From positions 109,120,001 to 109,184,000 of the forward strand of contig NC_043005.1 in assembly GCF_006345805.1 (NCBI RefSeq): a stretch of DNA of 64,000 bases, given 5' to 3'. The notes under the pieces were generated by a model that did not search any database, was not told where the DNA came from, and worked only from the letters and a program-made list of their open reading frames with translations. The position numbers and the translations under genes were made by a program. Positions 11,442 through 25,518 of the stretch are shown piece after piece (the stretch's first letter is position 1; each line of letters starts with the position of its first letter). Origin of the DNA: Octopus sinensis (lineage: Eukaryota).

Positions 11442-11777
11442 GTGCTTAGACTTGTATAAATGTAATGATATGCACCTGATTCCATGTATGTGTAGAATAA
11501 AAAATACATGCACACGCACAGCCAAACTGATATCAAATGGTTATTAGATACGCTGCTGGCTGGATTCCATCTAAGAAGTAAGCGTATAAACATACGCATG
11601 CCATAGAGACATGCACAAACTTACATAGATCTATGTATGTCTATACACATGTAACACACAAATGATTTCTTAGGAAGTTATAAAATTATGCACATAGAGG
11701 TATGTATTTAGATATGTGTGTTTATGTCTGTGTGTGCGTATGTGTTTATGCATACGTGTGTGTCTGTGTATATATAT

Positions 11778-11816
<39 letters not shown>

Positions 11817-12649
11817 ATGTATGTATATATGTATATATATATATGTATATATATATATGTGTATGTGTGTGTTTAGATATGTGTATGTCTGTGTGTGTGT
11901 CTTTGAGTTTATGTATACGTGTGTATATATATATATATATGTATGTATGTGTATATGTATATGTATATCTATATCTATCTATCAATATATGTGTGTGTGT
12001 GTGTATGTATTTAGATATGTGTATGTCTGTGTGTTTGTGTGTGTATTTGTGTTTATACACACACAAATGCATACTTATACATAAAGTCAGATACACACAC
12101 ACACACATACAATTATTTACATGAATATTTTTCAAATATGCATACATTCACAAACTCTACAGAATAATACACGACATACAAGCATGCCTAGAGAATCTAT
12201 TATAAATTCACCTTTCCCTCTGATTCAATTCTCAAGATTCTTTGAATTAACAGAACAGAACCGAATTCTTTGTCGTACCAATAATTACCAGGAACATAAT
12301 CATTAAAATGTACATTTTACTTCCAATTTTCCGTGTATCAACTTCCCAGAATTCTTCAGGTTATGCTAATTTTTCTTACCGAAAATACCACCTGTCTCTT
12401 TAAAGTGTATATTATTTTGGTGAATACCATAATGAGATGGAATATTTCCTTCATATCAGATTTCTACTGAGTTTCTTCAAAACTTATAAAAATATATCTA
12501 GACAGTACATCAAAATACTTTAATGGAATCTGAAGGTTTTCAGCTTGAAGTATTGCTTAGCAGAGGTGGATGTCATAGCGCAGAATACAACCCTGTAAAT
12601 GGATGACAATTCACTCGCAGTACAAGAATGCAATTTTATTGTCAGAAAT

Positions 12650-13178
12650 GAACCGCTGTTGTTGTTGTTGTTGTTACGTTGCATCATTGTGGTGGTGGTG
12701 GTGGTGGTGGTTGTATATTGTTATTGTTGTTGTCGTTATTGTTACTTTCTGTACAATCTCTTCATCTCAATCATCATCATCATTCATCAACATCATCTTC
12801 GTCGTAGTCATCATCATCATCATCATCATCATCACTACCATCATCATCACAACTATCATTATCATTATCATCATCATCATCACAACCACCACCACCACCA
12901 TCGCCACCATCATCACCACCACCACCATCATCCACAACATCATTATCATCATCATTATCATCATCATTATCCTCCTCCTTCTCCTCCTCCTCCTCATCAT
13001 CATCATCATCATCATCACCTTGTCGTTATCATTGTCATCGTCATCGTTGCTGTCATTGTTGCCCCAGTCACCACTGCAACTGCTGCCATTGTCACCATCA
13101 TCATCATTATCATTATCACCATCATCACCATCATCATCCTTCTCCTCCTCATCGTCCTCCTCCTCCTCCTCCTCCTCC

Positions 13179-13211
<33 letters not shown>

Positions 13212-13500
13212 ACATCATCACCTTTGTCATCTTTACCACTTTCTCCTCCTTATTATTACTATTATCATTAATATGCATACACACACACACCCACCCACAC
13301 ACACAAACACAAACACAGAACATAAACACACATGCTACAAACATGCACCAACATTTATACATTATGATGGATATTATCATTAATATCATTATTATTATTA
13401 TTATTATTATTGCTCTATTCATTCTTGTCCTCTTCCTTCTCCTCCTCATTGTTGTTGTTGTTACTATTTGTAGTAGCAGTAGTAGTTCATTTTATCTCTT
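12650..13500. repeat. Compound trinucleotide low-complexity tract (GTT/GGT/CAT/CAC/CCT)
   Basis: Direct inspection. Similar tracts at 28010-28205, 39210-39760, 47900-47995 and 61340-61435. Confidence 0.95.
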
Positions 13501-13639
13501 TACATTATCATATACCTTCATTGAAAAAAATGTGTAATACCTGAATCGTTTGATGCCTGCAGATTTATTTCAATTGTAATATTCACACACAGGCACACAT
13601 TGTCACTTCTACATACATAGATATATACATATATGTTAT

Positions 13640-13670
<31 letters not shown>

Positions 13671-13730
13671 GTATGTATATATTTACGTATGTATGTATGT
13701 ATATATATATGTATATATATGTATATGTAT

Positions 13731-13762
<32 letters not shown>

Positions 13763-14769
13763 GTATATGTATATATGTATATATATATAGATATATATAT
13801 ATATATATATTATATATGTATATATATATATATTATATATATTTATATATGTATATATATATATACTCATACACATGCATACACTATATATGTAATATGT
13901 ATGTGTGTGTATGTGTGTGTGCATATGTATGTATGTATGTATGTATCTATACATATACATTTCTTGTTTTGGGATTCATGATCAAAAATAGGGTGGAATT
14001 GCGCAAAAAATTACACAGATGTGCAGAATGATCTGGTGGTGATGCTGGGCTTTGTATTTTTTCCATTGCTCCCATGGTTACAGAGATAATCTACTATAAT
14101 AATACTCTTGTGTTTATGAATGAGAAAGGAAGAGGTGATAGATGAGTAAGGAAGCAGGAGGCGATGTTATACTTGGTAGTGGGATGATGAAAATAATACA
14201 CTGAAAAAATAAATCAAACAACAGTTCAACTCTGTGTGAATATATGTGTGTGTATGTAAAAGCGGGATAAGTGAATGTGAGTGTGTATGTGTGCATGTGT
14301 GTATGTGTTTGTGTGAGTGTGTGCATGTGCAATGGAAGTGGGATTTTTGTGGAGTCTTCTTTTGTAGTGTTTCAGTTATTTGTTTTTCTGTTTCAGATGT
14401 GTTTTTTGTTTTGGTTTTTAAATTTTGTGTAATATTTTGCATTGATTTTGAGGTATTTAATGTTTTTCAGTTATTATTTTTTGTTGTTTTTTGACCTTTG
14501 TAAATTTAAAAGATTTCTGACCTATTTTTTTATTTCTTTTACTTTTTGTTTTCTTTTGTATGTTCGTTTCTGTTGTGTTGCATATTTGGTTGGTTACTAA
14601 GTGGGTTTATTTTTTGATTTGGTTGAATCTTAGTTGGTTTTCTTTTTGTTGGTCTGTTCTTTTTACCGTTTTGAAAGAAAAAAAGTTATTCTAAAATTGT
14701 TTTTTAACGTATGTGTGCCCAAACACATTGAATGCTTACACAGAGCAGGTTTTACAGTCACATCATCCA

Positions 14770-14803
14770 AACCGACCAGGTGAAACCAGGCTTAGCTGCT
14801 AGT
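14770..14803 (+). mobile_element. Possible Helitron 3' terminus
   Basis: GC-rich decayed hairpin ccaggtgaaaccagg, then CTAG followed by T, at the end of a T-rich tract. Confidence 0.35.
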
Positions 14804-14882
14804 ATATATATTTTTATATAAAATATATATATATATATGTATATATATTTGTATGTATGTATTTATTTATATATATATATAT

Positions 14883-14921
<39 letters not shown>

Positions 14922-15142
14922 TTGAGGGAATATTATTCCTAACTTACAGAGAAAATTTCAATTTTGAAATACTAAATCAAATTTCACAAAATATAATATA
15001 TATATAAAAATTAGAAAATTTACTTAATCATCGGTATATTATTGTTATTTCATTTTTAATATTTCTATTATATGTAATTTTCTAGATGGTGTAATTTTAT
15101 TGTTCATTTTGAATTGGTAAAAGGTGTTTTTTTTTTTTTATT

Positions 15143-15178
<36 letters not shown>

Positions 15179-15478
15179 ACACACACATATATATATATAT
15201 ATATATGTATGTATCTATGTATATCAAAATAAGCAACAAGGATATCCAGAGGTAATGCAGTACGATTGTTCACGCAACTCTATTTAATTGAATAATTAAG
15301 CTGAAGTGAAGGCTGTATGTTCTTTGTATATCTCCTTAACTCCTTGGAGATTTTAAATAAAATTTTACTAATGCACCCACCTGTTTTAATTTAAATCACC
15401 TTATTTTGAAATTGTATGGATAATACCGTACTAAATTCTAGTGCCTCAACTTAAGTACCATATTCATCTGATCTATCT

Positions 15479-15641
<163 letters not shown>

Positions 15642-15718
15642 GTATATACATACACACATGTATTATATATGTGTGTGTGTGTGTGTAGAAGGTTGGAAAG
15701 GAACACACGAGTTGATAT

Positions 15719-16090
15719 GTATAAGGAAAATAGGACAAGGTAGAAAATGCTAAAATGATTTTATCATGAAGAACATCTTAGTACTGGTTTCAGTTTTTGC
15801 GACTTTTTTAAGCATGAAAAACTATAAAATTGTGGAAAAATTAAATGAAATGTTTTTAAAAATATTTCGATAGTTTCCAATATTTCCATAGAAAAAAACA
15901 GGAAAATCTCCCAAGTATTTGAAAACTATGAAAATATTTTTAAAAACATTTAATTTAATTTTTCCACAACTTAATGGTTTTTCATGCTTTACTCCAAGTT
16001 GAAAAAGTTACAAAGACTGAAACCGGTACTAAAATTTCTTCATTATAAAATCATTTTAGCATTTTCTACCTTGTCCTATTTTTCTTATAT
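15719..16090. repeat. ~370-bp imperfect palindrome (foldback) between TA/TG microsatellites
   Basis: ataaggaaaataggacaaggtagaaaatgctaaaatg.. pairs with ..cattttagcattttctaccttgtcctattttcttat. Confidence 0.8.
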
Positions 16091-17225
16091 ATATATATAT
16101 ATACACAAACACACATACATATATTATATATATGTATATGTATATGTGCTTGTGTGTGTGTGTGTGTGTGTGTGTAAGCTCAGAACTGAAATTAAATGTT
16201 TCAGGATGTCACCGAAGCATTCATTCTATGTCAATACTTGCTCAGGAGTAGTCACATGACAATCTCAGTAGTATTTCAGTGAGTTGGGCTTTTCTCCGTT
16301 GTGAGCTCAAAATCAGTCATAGTCACAGATTAATGAGTTTATACAGGCTTAAACACTAATGATTACACCCAGATCTACAGTTCTTTTCACAGTGACAAAG
16401 ATAGATAGAGAGATAAACAGAGAGGTGAGAAAGAGACAGACAAACAGAGACAGAGAGAGTAATAGATAAATAAACTAAGAGAAAGAGTGTAGGAGAGGAG
16501 AAAGAGAAGGATGATTGTTTTTATAAAGTATCTCCTTAAGATTTGTCATTTCTTGACTGATTCAAATCATTCTGTTTTACTTGGCCCTTGATGGTAAATG
16601 ATAATCATAAGCATGTTTGTGTGTGACTGATTGCCATTATTATTTTGCATTTATTTCTTTGCTGGTACAAATTCGACAGAATATCAAAGTCTATGTCAAT
16701 TCTTATTCAAAATTACTGTCATTCGGCTATTAAACTTTAAGAATACTAATCTTTATTTTTAAGTAGGTCTCCAAGATACCATAAACTATCAGCTATTCTA
16801 ATGATCCTTCTGAGTAGCTGAAAGAATTTTTTCATGTATATTCATACTGCTAACTCCTGTATATCTGCCAGATAAGATGATCTGCCTTCATTGTCAGTCT
16901 GTTTGGGATCCCACTACACCTCTTATATTTCATTAGATCACACTGGATTTACTCCATAGAATTTCTACCTACTTTTCTACATAGCAATATGGCTATTTCC
17001 CTGATGGATGTAAGGAAATGGCCATAGTATTTTTTCTACTTAGTAAGGCATTAAACATTGAAAATTATACTTTAGAAATCTCTCAACTCTGGGTTTTTAC
17101 TTCCATCTAAATTTTCTACAGAAGTGCGTATGGACAGCAAGATATAAACAAATCTGTTATGACTTTGTGTACTATAACAGGAGATAGGAAATGGTTCTTA
17201 AAGATCACTATTTACTTACTCTTTT

Positions 17226-17440
17226 ACTCTTTTACTTGTTTCAGTCATTTGACTACGGCCATGCTGGAGCACCGCCTTTAATCGAGCAACTCGATCCCGG
17301 GACTTATTCTTTTGTAAGGCCAGTACTTATTCTATCGGTCTCTTTTGCCGAACCGCTAAGTGACGGGGACATTAACACACCAGCATTGGTTGTCAAGCAA
17401 TGCTAGGGGGACAAACACAGACACACAAACACACACACGC

Positions 17441-17471
<31 letters not shown>

Positions 17472-17630
17472 TACGATGGGCTTCTTTCAGTTTCCGTCTA
17501 CCAAATCCACTCACAAGGCTTTGGTCGGCCCGAGGCTATAGTAGAAGACACTTACCCAAGGTGCCACGCAGTGGGACTGAACCCAGAACCATGCGGTTGG
17601 TAGACAAGCTACTTACCACACAGCCACTCC
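17226..17630 (-). mobile_element. Full-length OR1-like CORE-SINE
   Basis: Head ggagtggctgtgtggtaagtagcttg, CORE-like ggcaccttgggtaagtgtcttctactatagcc, central (TA/TG)n, LINE-type tail. Confidence 0.85.
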
Positions 17631-17699
17631 CACTCCTTGCGAAATTTTTTGTTGAACTTATAATGGGAGACAAGGTTCACGATATCGGATGAATATTGC

Positions 17700-19156
17700 C
17701 TTCTCCTATTAAAATTGTTCTTTGTGTTGTTTCAGGCTCCAGCAGGTGAGGAAAGAAGTCTCAAGTAAAAATGCAATTCACAACCCTTTTATTTACAAGT
17801 TACACAGAATAGATGAAGTGTGTTTCTCTCAGTCTACCATCTCAAGCTGTGTGCGTCTCATTGTATCTCCATTAACGTGGACCCATTGCCTCTGGAGATA
17901 TGACAAGCAGACAGGACTAGCCTGGAAACCCAGCCAGCGAAGTGTGTTCAGCAAGCACTTGCAGTGAAGAAGAGATAGAATCTGTTTTGTTGGGCCCTTA
18001 TATCCAGTTTGCCATCGTGGGCCTTGTTGTGATCTTGCGCATGGCAAATGGATGCAGGTGAGATCTTGTTCCAGTCTTGGAGATGGTAATGGCTGCTGGC
18101 GAGATCCAATATGGCACTGACTGCTTGTGCCGCTACAAACTAATTGCTGACTTTTATCTTGTAGACAACTCCCTTGTACATGGTTTTCACATTGACCTAT
18201 CTCTATTTTCTTTAGTAACCACAGGATAACAGAGCTTGGAACCATTTCAAAAGCTTTCTGAAAATCAATGAGTATTAGGTACATTTGCTCACTCTCTTTT
18301 ATGTACATCTCCAAGAGATATCTCTGTAGAAATAGGGCATTAATAGTTTTTCCTGGCATAAAACTTAACTATTTCTATTCCTAATCAATTACTCTATAAC
18401 TCCATATCGTTTAGTTCAATAATGTGATGCCTCTGTGATTACCTCTATCTAGTGCATCACTTTTGCCTTCATAGCACTTGACAGTGGTACTATATGGCTC
18501 AGAAACCTGAACGTTATCAAAGAAGCTTGAGAGGCAGTTGGATGGAACCTACACTCACCTCCTTATGAGAGCTCAAAATCTCTCGTGGAAGCGTCATCCA
18601 ACCAAAATGCAAATATATGCAAAACTACCACCTGTGTCATCTGTTGTGAAAGGTAGGAGAGTCCAGTTTGCTGGACATTGTTGTAGAGCTAAAAATGAGG
18701 CAATTTCTACTCTTCTCCTCTGGAAGCCATCTACTTGCAATACCAGAGGGCGCACACTCTCCTACCCTGATGTAATCTCCAGGGATACAGGCATCCAGCA
18801 ACAGGACCTTTGTAATGCTATGATGGACTGTGAAGTCTGGCGTAGCATGGTAAATTCCATTGTCTCGACCACGGTTGAGCAATAATGATGATGACACACC
18901 ACTCTTTGGGTAAGATACGTTCTTGTATTATGTGTTTGACTCTAGGGGTAATTAGCACATGCCCTACTTTGTCATATATTTCAATCATCTCAGCAGCTTT
19001 TTCTGGTCTACTGAGTTCTTTCTTTGCTTTCGTATCTTTGGTCAAATTTCCAACCACACTGTAACTAATTTGATAGCTAATCCCTACATTGTGTCTATTT
19101 GAGATAAAGTCGCTTTCCTCTTTCTTGTAAGTATTTTCTTCATTGAACCCATACAT
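17700..19156 (-). mobile_element. Decayed RTE-clade LINE RT region, interrupted at about 18488-18897
   Basis: AAEMIEIYDKVGHVLITPRVKHIIQERILPKEWC continues after the insertion as TTVKCYEGKSDALDRGNHRGITLL..FMPGKT..LIDFQKAFEMVP. Confidence 0.75.
18488..18897 (+). mobile_element. 3' fragment of an RTE-X/RTE-like LINE nested in the opposite orientation
   Basis: LYGSET*TLSKKLERQLDGTYTHLL..RRVQFAGHCCR..LLLWKP..RGRTLSYPDVISRD..VWRSMV, followed by a (TGA)n tail. Confidence 0.8.
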
Positions 19157-19479
19157 AATTATTGAAACAGCATGTGAGTGGCTGAATATTCCTCAGACAT
19201 GTACTTTTAATGTAATCCCCAGGCAGAATCTGCATGACATAACATGGTGTATAGAATACTGGATATTTGAATTTGTGGTACAATTCATTTCAGAAGCTTT
19301 CTAACAGTTTCCATCTCCCCAATTTCACTCTAGGCCTTGAATCAGCTAGTGGTTATGTTATATGACACTTCTAACCAAAGATTTCACCCTGTGGAATCAA
19401 ACCCAGAACCTTGTTATTGCATAAAAGACTGCTTAACCATTATCCATGGAAAGCATTAAAAGATGCTCTCTTTTTTACT

Positions 19480-19694
19480 CTTTTAATTCTTTCAGTCATT
19501 TGACTGTGGCCGTGCTGGAGCACCGCCTTTAATCGAGCAAATCGACCCCAGCACTTATTCTTTGTAAGTCTAGTACTTATTTTATCGGTCTTTTTTGCTA
19601 AACTGCTAAGTTACAAGGACATAAACAAACCAGCATCGGTTGTCAAGCAATGTTGGGGGGACAAACACAGACACACAAACATATACACACACAC

Positions 19695-19725
<31 letters not shown>

Positions 19726-19911
19726 ATATATATATATATATATACATATATACGTCGGGCTTCTTTCAGTTTCCATCTACCAAATCCACTCACAAGGCAT
19801 TAGTCGGCCCTAGGCTATAGTAGACAACACTTGCCCAAGGTGCTACGCAGTGGGACTGCACCCAGAACCATGTGGTTGGTAAGCAAGCTACTTACCACAT
19901 AGCCACTCCTG
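19480..19911 (-). mobile_element. Full-length OR1-like SINE
   Basis: Same head, CORE and tail as 17226-17630. Confidence 0.85.
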
Positions 19912-20969
19912 CTTTGTGTATTTACTTGCAGATCAATAGAGAATCTACTTCGTTAGCATTGTCTAATGAAAATGTCTGGCAATTTTAAACATTCAAGGCT
20001 GTTAGTAATTTCATGATGGCAAAAGCGTGAGGATGTTTGCATTTCTTATGCAAATGAAAGAAGGCGATTTGTGCATGTATCAAATTTCCAGTACTTGGAA
20101 CTTACAAATCTGTAAAATGAAATAAAATAAAATAAAATCAGTTTCTTCATTTTCAAATTGGAAAAGAAAAGAAGACTCAAATATCAGGACTATTTCTGAT
20201 CATTGCTATTGAATATATATATACACACATATATATACATACATATGTACATATATACATACATATACATATGTATGTGGAGGGGCCATATCTATAAGTG
20301 TATCCCTATTTATTTATCTCTCCTTCTCATTGTGTGTGTATGAATGTATATATAGTATATTAAATATTATATCTTTGTAAACATCGATTTGAAGTTGAAT
20401 AAATGATAAATAGAAACCTAACAGAAATCAAACCAAATATCTATTTCGTGTTGAGCTATCATGTAGACATACAAGTGTCTAAAATACAAACATATGTGTG
20501 CACAAATACCCCCAGATTCACACCCATACGTATATTCAGACACATACACAAACACACAGGGAAACACACGCGTGTACTGGTTTACATATGTACACAATTT
20601 TCTTCTTACAAGAAGGTGAATAATTGTAAATATGTGTGTGTGTATGTGAATGTGTCCCTGTGTCTGTGTGTAAATGTGTATCTGTGTGCATGTGGCGGAG
20701 AGGGACTTGGCAGTTAGGATGCTTGGCTCTAGATTGCTTGATCAGGGGTTCAATTCTTACTCAGGTAACATATTGTTTCCTTCATTAAGTTGCATTATTT
20801 TATGGTAATCCAGTGCACTTGGCTTAATATGTGTATTAACAGCAGCTAAGGGTTATTCTTGTGATGTACTGACATCTCATTCAAAGAATGCCACGTAATC
20901 TCAATTGCCCAGACATTATGAAAATCTGAATAAGTTCTAGGTTCAATACTCTGTTCATTCCATTTATAA

Positions 20970-21417
20970 TATGTGTGTGTGTGTGCGTGTCTATTTTTGT
21001 GCGTGTGTGTATGTGTGTGTCTGTGTGGGTGCAGGTGTATGTCCATGTGTCTGTGTGTGTGTGCATGCGTGCGTGTGTGTGTGTGTGCATGTGTGTGCGT
21101 CTGTGTGTGTGTGTGTGCATGTGTATGTGTGTGTGTGTATGCGTGTGTGTGTCTGTGTGTGTGTGCGTTTGTGTGTGTGCCTGTGTGTGTGTGTGCGTGT
21201 GTGTCTGCACGTGTGTATGTGTATGTGTGTCTCTGTGTGTATGCCTGCGTGTGTGTGCCTGTGTGTGTTGTGCATGCGTGTGTGTGTCTGTGTGTGCGTG
21301 CGCACGCGTGTATGTCTGTGTGTGCGTGTGTGTGTGTGTGTCTCTGTGTGTGCATGTGTGTGTGTGTGTCTGTGTGCGCGTGTGTGTCTGTGTGTCTGTG
21401 TGTGTGCATGTGTGCAC

Positions 21418-21452
<35 letters not shown>
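20970..21452. repeat. Long degenerate (TG)n array
   Basis: Direct inspection. (TA)n/(TG)n tracts are pervasive across the window. Confidence 0.95.
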
Positions 21453-21455
<3 letters not shown>

Positions 21456-22922
21456 TTACATCATTATCGTCCCTATTTAATGTTCATTTTTCTACTGGCA
21501 TGGGTTCACTGGATTTGACAGGAGCTGGTAAGCCAGAGGCCTGCACCTAACTCCACTGTCTGTTTTGACATGATTGCTATGGCTGGATACCTTGCCTAAT
21601 TCCAACCTCCTTACAGAGTATACTGGGTGTTTTTTGGAGGAGCCAGCACCAACGAGGTCACCTGGTAACCCTACAAATCGAGAACTCTCAAGTGAGATGG
21701 GGAATATTATTGAGAGATTTATGCCAGAGAATGAACGGTTGATTATGATAAACAGGCAGAAACAGGTGTCTGACTGTAGAGGAGATACGTGGGCATCTTC
21801 AGGCAGAAAAGAGAGAGAGGACAGATTGTGATATATCCAGTGTACACAATTGTAAAATTATTAAATTAAAATAGCAATCTGTATATCATACTTTATATAC
21901 CCTTTTACTTGTTTCAGTCATTTGACTATGGCCATGCTGGAGCACTGTCTTTAGTCGAGCAAATATTACCATGCATACGCACAAGCATTAATGTTATGTT
22001 GAGTCTGTGGACCATCACCTGTTCATTTATGATGCGATTTTTTTATGTCTCATTCACACCCTGAGGAAATATTTAACTCACTATTTCAAGATGCAATTTT
22101 TTAATTTTTTATTTATTAATTTGTAATTGATTGAGTTAAGTATGGAAATAAATTGTAGGTTACAGAGAATTTTGACATGTTATTAAATTGAATTCTAATC
22201 AGTTAAAACTCTCCATTTTATTCTTATAACACACACAGACACACACACACATATATATATATATATACATACATATATATATATATATACATCATCATCA
22301 TCCTCATCATCATTTAGCGTCCGCTTTCCATGCTAGCATGGGTTGGACGGTTCAACTGGGGTCTGTAAAGCCAGAAGGCTGCATCAGGCCCAGTCTGATC
22401 TGGCAGTGTTTCTACGGCTGGATGCCCTTCCTAACGCCAACCACTCTGTGAGTATAGTGGGTGCTTTTTACGTGCCACCGATATATATGTAATTATGTAA
22501 TTTAGATTCAGTCGAATTAGGTATTTAAATTAAGGCTCCTTGTTAGGACGAACTTATGTGCACAGTCAGACAATATTGGGTGATTATCAAACCCTACACA
22601 GAATTTTTTCCACCCGATATTCATGCAGTGTATGCAGATGGCATGATCCAGCTTAGTGAATAAATCCACTCTTGTTTGTTCAGACGTGTACTTTATATAA
22701 AGATACTTTCCAAATACTTTTGAAGAGCAGATTCCAGGGTAGGTGAGTGAAATATAAATGAGTAACAGAGCTATCATCATCATCATCATCATCATCATCG
22801 TTTAACGTCCGTTTTCCATGCTAGCATGGGTTGGACGGTTCGACCGGGGATCTGGGAAGCCAGAAGGCTGCACCAGGCTCCAGTCTTATCTGGCAATGTT
22901 TCTACAGCTGGATGCTATATAA

Positions 22923-23321
22923 GTTTCAATTCATTCTGGCTGTTTCGAGTGACTCCCTTAATTGATCAATGAAAACATTGTATTATTACAAAGAAAACCA
23001 TTCTCATCAGATGGCCTCATAGACTTCAAGAAAAAAAAACAAGTTAGATATTTAAACATATTCATATCATCGATAGAGAACAAATATTTACAATGATTCT
23101 GCTGCTAAATTTTTTGGCAGAATCTGGCAAAAAATTTAGCAGTGGAATCATTGTAAATATTTGCTCTCATTTAATTATATGAATATGTTTAGATATCTAA
23201 CTTCTCCTCTATGCTTGAAGTCTATGCAGTCATCTGATGAGAACGGCTATCTTTATAATGATATAATGCTTTTGTTGATCAATTAAAGGAGTCAGTCGAA
23301 ACAATCATAATGAATTGAAAC
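22923..23321. repeat. 399-bp imperfect palindrome, 199-bp arms, centre 23122
   Basis: Arm pairing traced from gtttcaattca / tgaattgaaac inward to caga-a-tctg. Confidence 0.8.
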
Positions 23322-23391
23322 GTAAACATCTTTGTTACACCTTTATATAGATATATAATACATATATTTATACACACACATATACATATAT

Positions 23392-23792
23392 GGAGTGGCT
23401 GTGTGGTAAGTAGCTTGTTTACCAACCACATGGTTCTGGGTTCAGTCCCACTGCATGGCACCTTGGGCAAGTGTCTTCTACTATAGCCTCAGGCCGACCA
23501 AAGCCTCGTGAGTGGATTTGATAGACGGAAACTGAAAGTAGCCCATCGTATATATGTATATATATGCGTATGTGTATTTGTGTGTCTGTGTTTATCCCCC
23601 TAGCATTGCTTGACAACCGATACTGGTGTGTTTATGTCCCTGTTACTTAGCGGTTGGGCAAAAGAGTCCGATAGAATAAGTACTGGGCTTACAAAAGAAT
23701 AAGTTCCGGGGTCGAGTTGCTCGATTAAAGGCAGTGCTCCAGCATGGCTGCAGTCAAATGACAGAAACAAGTAAAAGAGTAAAAAGAGTAAA
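23392..23792 (+). mobile_element. Full-length OR1-like SINE
   Basis: Same family; (GTAAAAGA)n tail. Confidence 0.85.
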
Positions 23793-24289
23793 TATATATA
23801 TATGTCTGTGTGTGTGTGGGGGGGTGCATATATATATAATATACATGTACACAGTTGACTGGCAAAAAATGCATCTAGAATTCTGGTATTGAATTAAATT
23901 ATCCAGACTACTTATTCCTACTTCTTAATACATATTGCATAAGGAATTGAGTATGAAAGAATTCTATGTTCTAAAAATCTCAACATAATTCTTTCTGAAT
24001 CAATGTTTGCCACTTCAGAATTTGAGCACTAATTATTTCTATTTCAACAATTTTTCTGGTTGGTATTTCAGACCATGACATGTCCCATGTTCTCATAAAC
24101 TTCATGTCACATGTTGTGACATTTACAAAGATGCAATAAATTGCTCCATGGATATTTTACATTTAAACAGTCAATAAGGGTTTTGTGAGACATTACTTTG
24201 TCCCATGCAAGCAAAAGATTACAGAGTCTCTGAGCTGATTTCTTCAAATCTTAAAACTCCTGGCTAAAGAATGTAACTTCAAAAGTGTC

Positions 24290-25290
24290 ATCAGAACGGT
24301 ATGCAAAACTTCAAAGATAATGTATGCTTTTGTCTCTGGAATGTTGTCTACCTATATAAGATTTAGACTACTCAAAAAAGGTTAAGTGGAAATGAAAAAA
24401 TAAAACACTCTACTTGGAAACAGAATCACAAATTAGATCATGGTACTTAGCAGAAAAGAATAAAAGCATTTATAACCATGATATTTTTATGGATACTTTT
24501 ATTGCTACAAAGAAAATCACCAAACAGGAAAAGATTTCAGCAACTGCAGTTTTGTGGAAAGTATATCTAGAAAGATGTCCATCAAGAAATGCCATTTATC
24601 ACAAATGTAAGAAAAATGGTGTGTAAGTTTTCACATCACATAATACATCAAAATTATGATGTTATATAGTAGACAATGAACCAATCTCTAACACATTTAT
24701 TTCTTCATCTTTGTTAAGTTTTTCAGCTTTATTGGAACATTTATCTATTGCATTCATTAATACTGTGATTAATATTCAATCAATGCAAGCTTTAATTGAT
24801 AGTGGAAGCACTGACGATTTTATCCAAGCTGATATTGCCAAGTGGAATAGTTTGAACCATTAAACCATTCTGAAGCAGCATTATGAAAGCCAAGAAACAA
24901 TTTGCTTCATGAATTACAGCCATATGAGAAACTGACATTTGATCTGCTTGACCAGTTGCAAATACTACAGTCACTGTTAGGTATACACAGGCACTGCCTG
25001 GATGTTACACATGGACGGAGTTTATCTCTCATCCATTCTTCTGGGGAATTTTAGGTTAATGGTTCTGAAGCACCACCAGTGTTATCAAAGTTTTCTTTTC
25101 TGAAAATTCTAATTGTTAAACATTTTGCTTATTCAGCCCCAGATATAAAACCACTCAAAGATATTTTGTGGATGATTGCAAATTTAAAAGACAAGAGATA
25201 GGAAATTTAATCAAAGAAGGCATCATAGAACTGTGAAATTACAATGAAGAACATAGGTTGTAATAAAAAAAAAGAATAAAAAATGGTGGG
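24290..25290 (+). mobile_element. Decayed Ty3/gypsy LTR retrotransposon gag-protease-RT start
   Basis: Broken zinc knuckle RCPSRNAIYHKCKKNG (24414-24626 ORF). Aspartic protease motif ALIDSGSTDDFI at 24789-24824. Pre-RT segment DDCKFKRQEIGNLIKEGIIE at about 25170-25232. No LTRs seen. Confidence 0.7.
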
Positions 25291-25518
25291 AATATCACAT
25301 ATGATGCCTTGTCATTGATTTCTTAATCAATATCAAAACTTAACACTTGAGGCTGATTTTTCCAGAGCCTGTCACAGATAAGTTAATACATACTATAACA
25401 TAAACACAACACAATAGAATGGTAAATTGCATGAAGGTATGGTTAATGTATCCAAAAGTTCTCAGCAGCAAAATGTTCTAAAAATGAAAGAAGAATGCAA
25501 AATAATTAATTTACATAC

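Noticed and set aside
12599-13537. 312-aa poly-H/poly-I ORF
   Set aside because: Compound trinucleotide repeat, open in several frames and on both strands, with no domain content.
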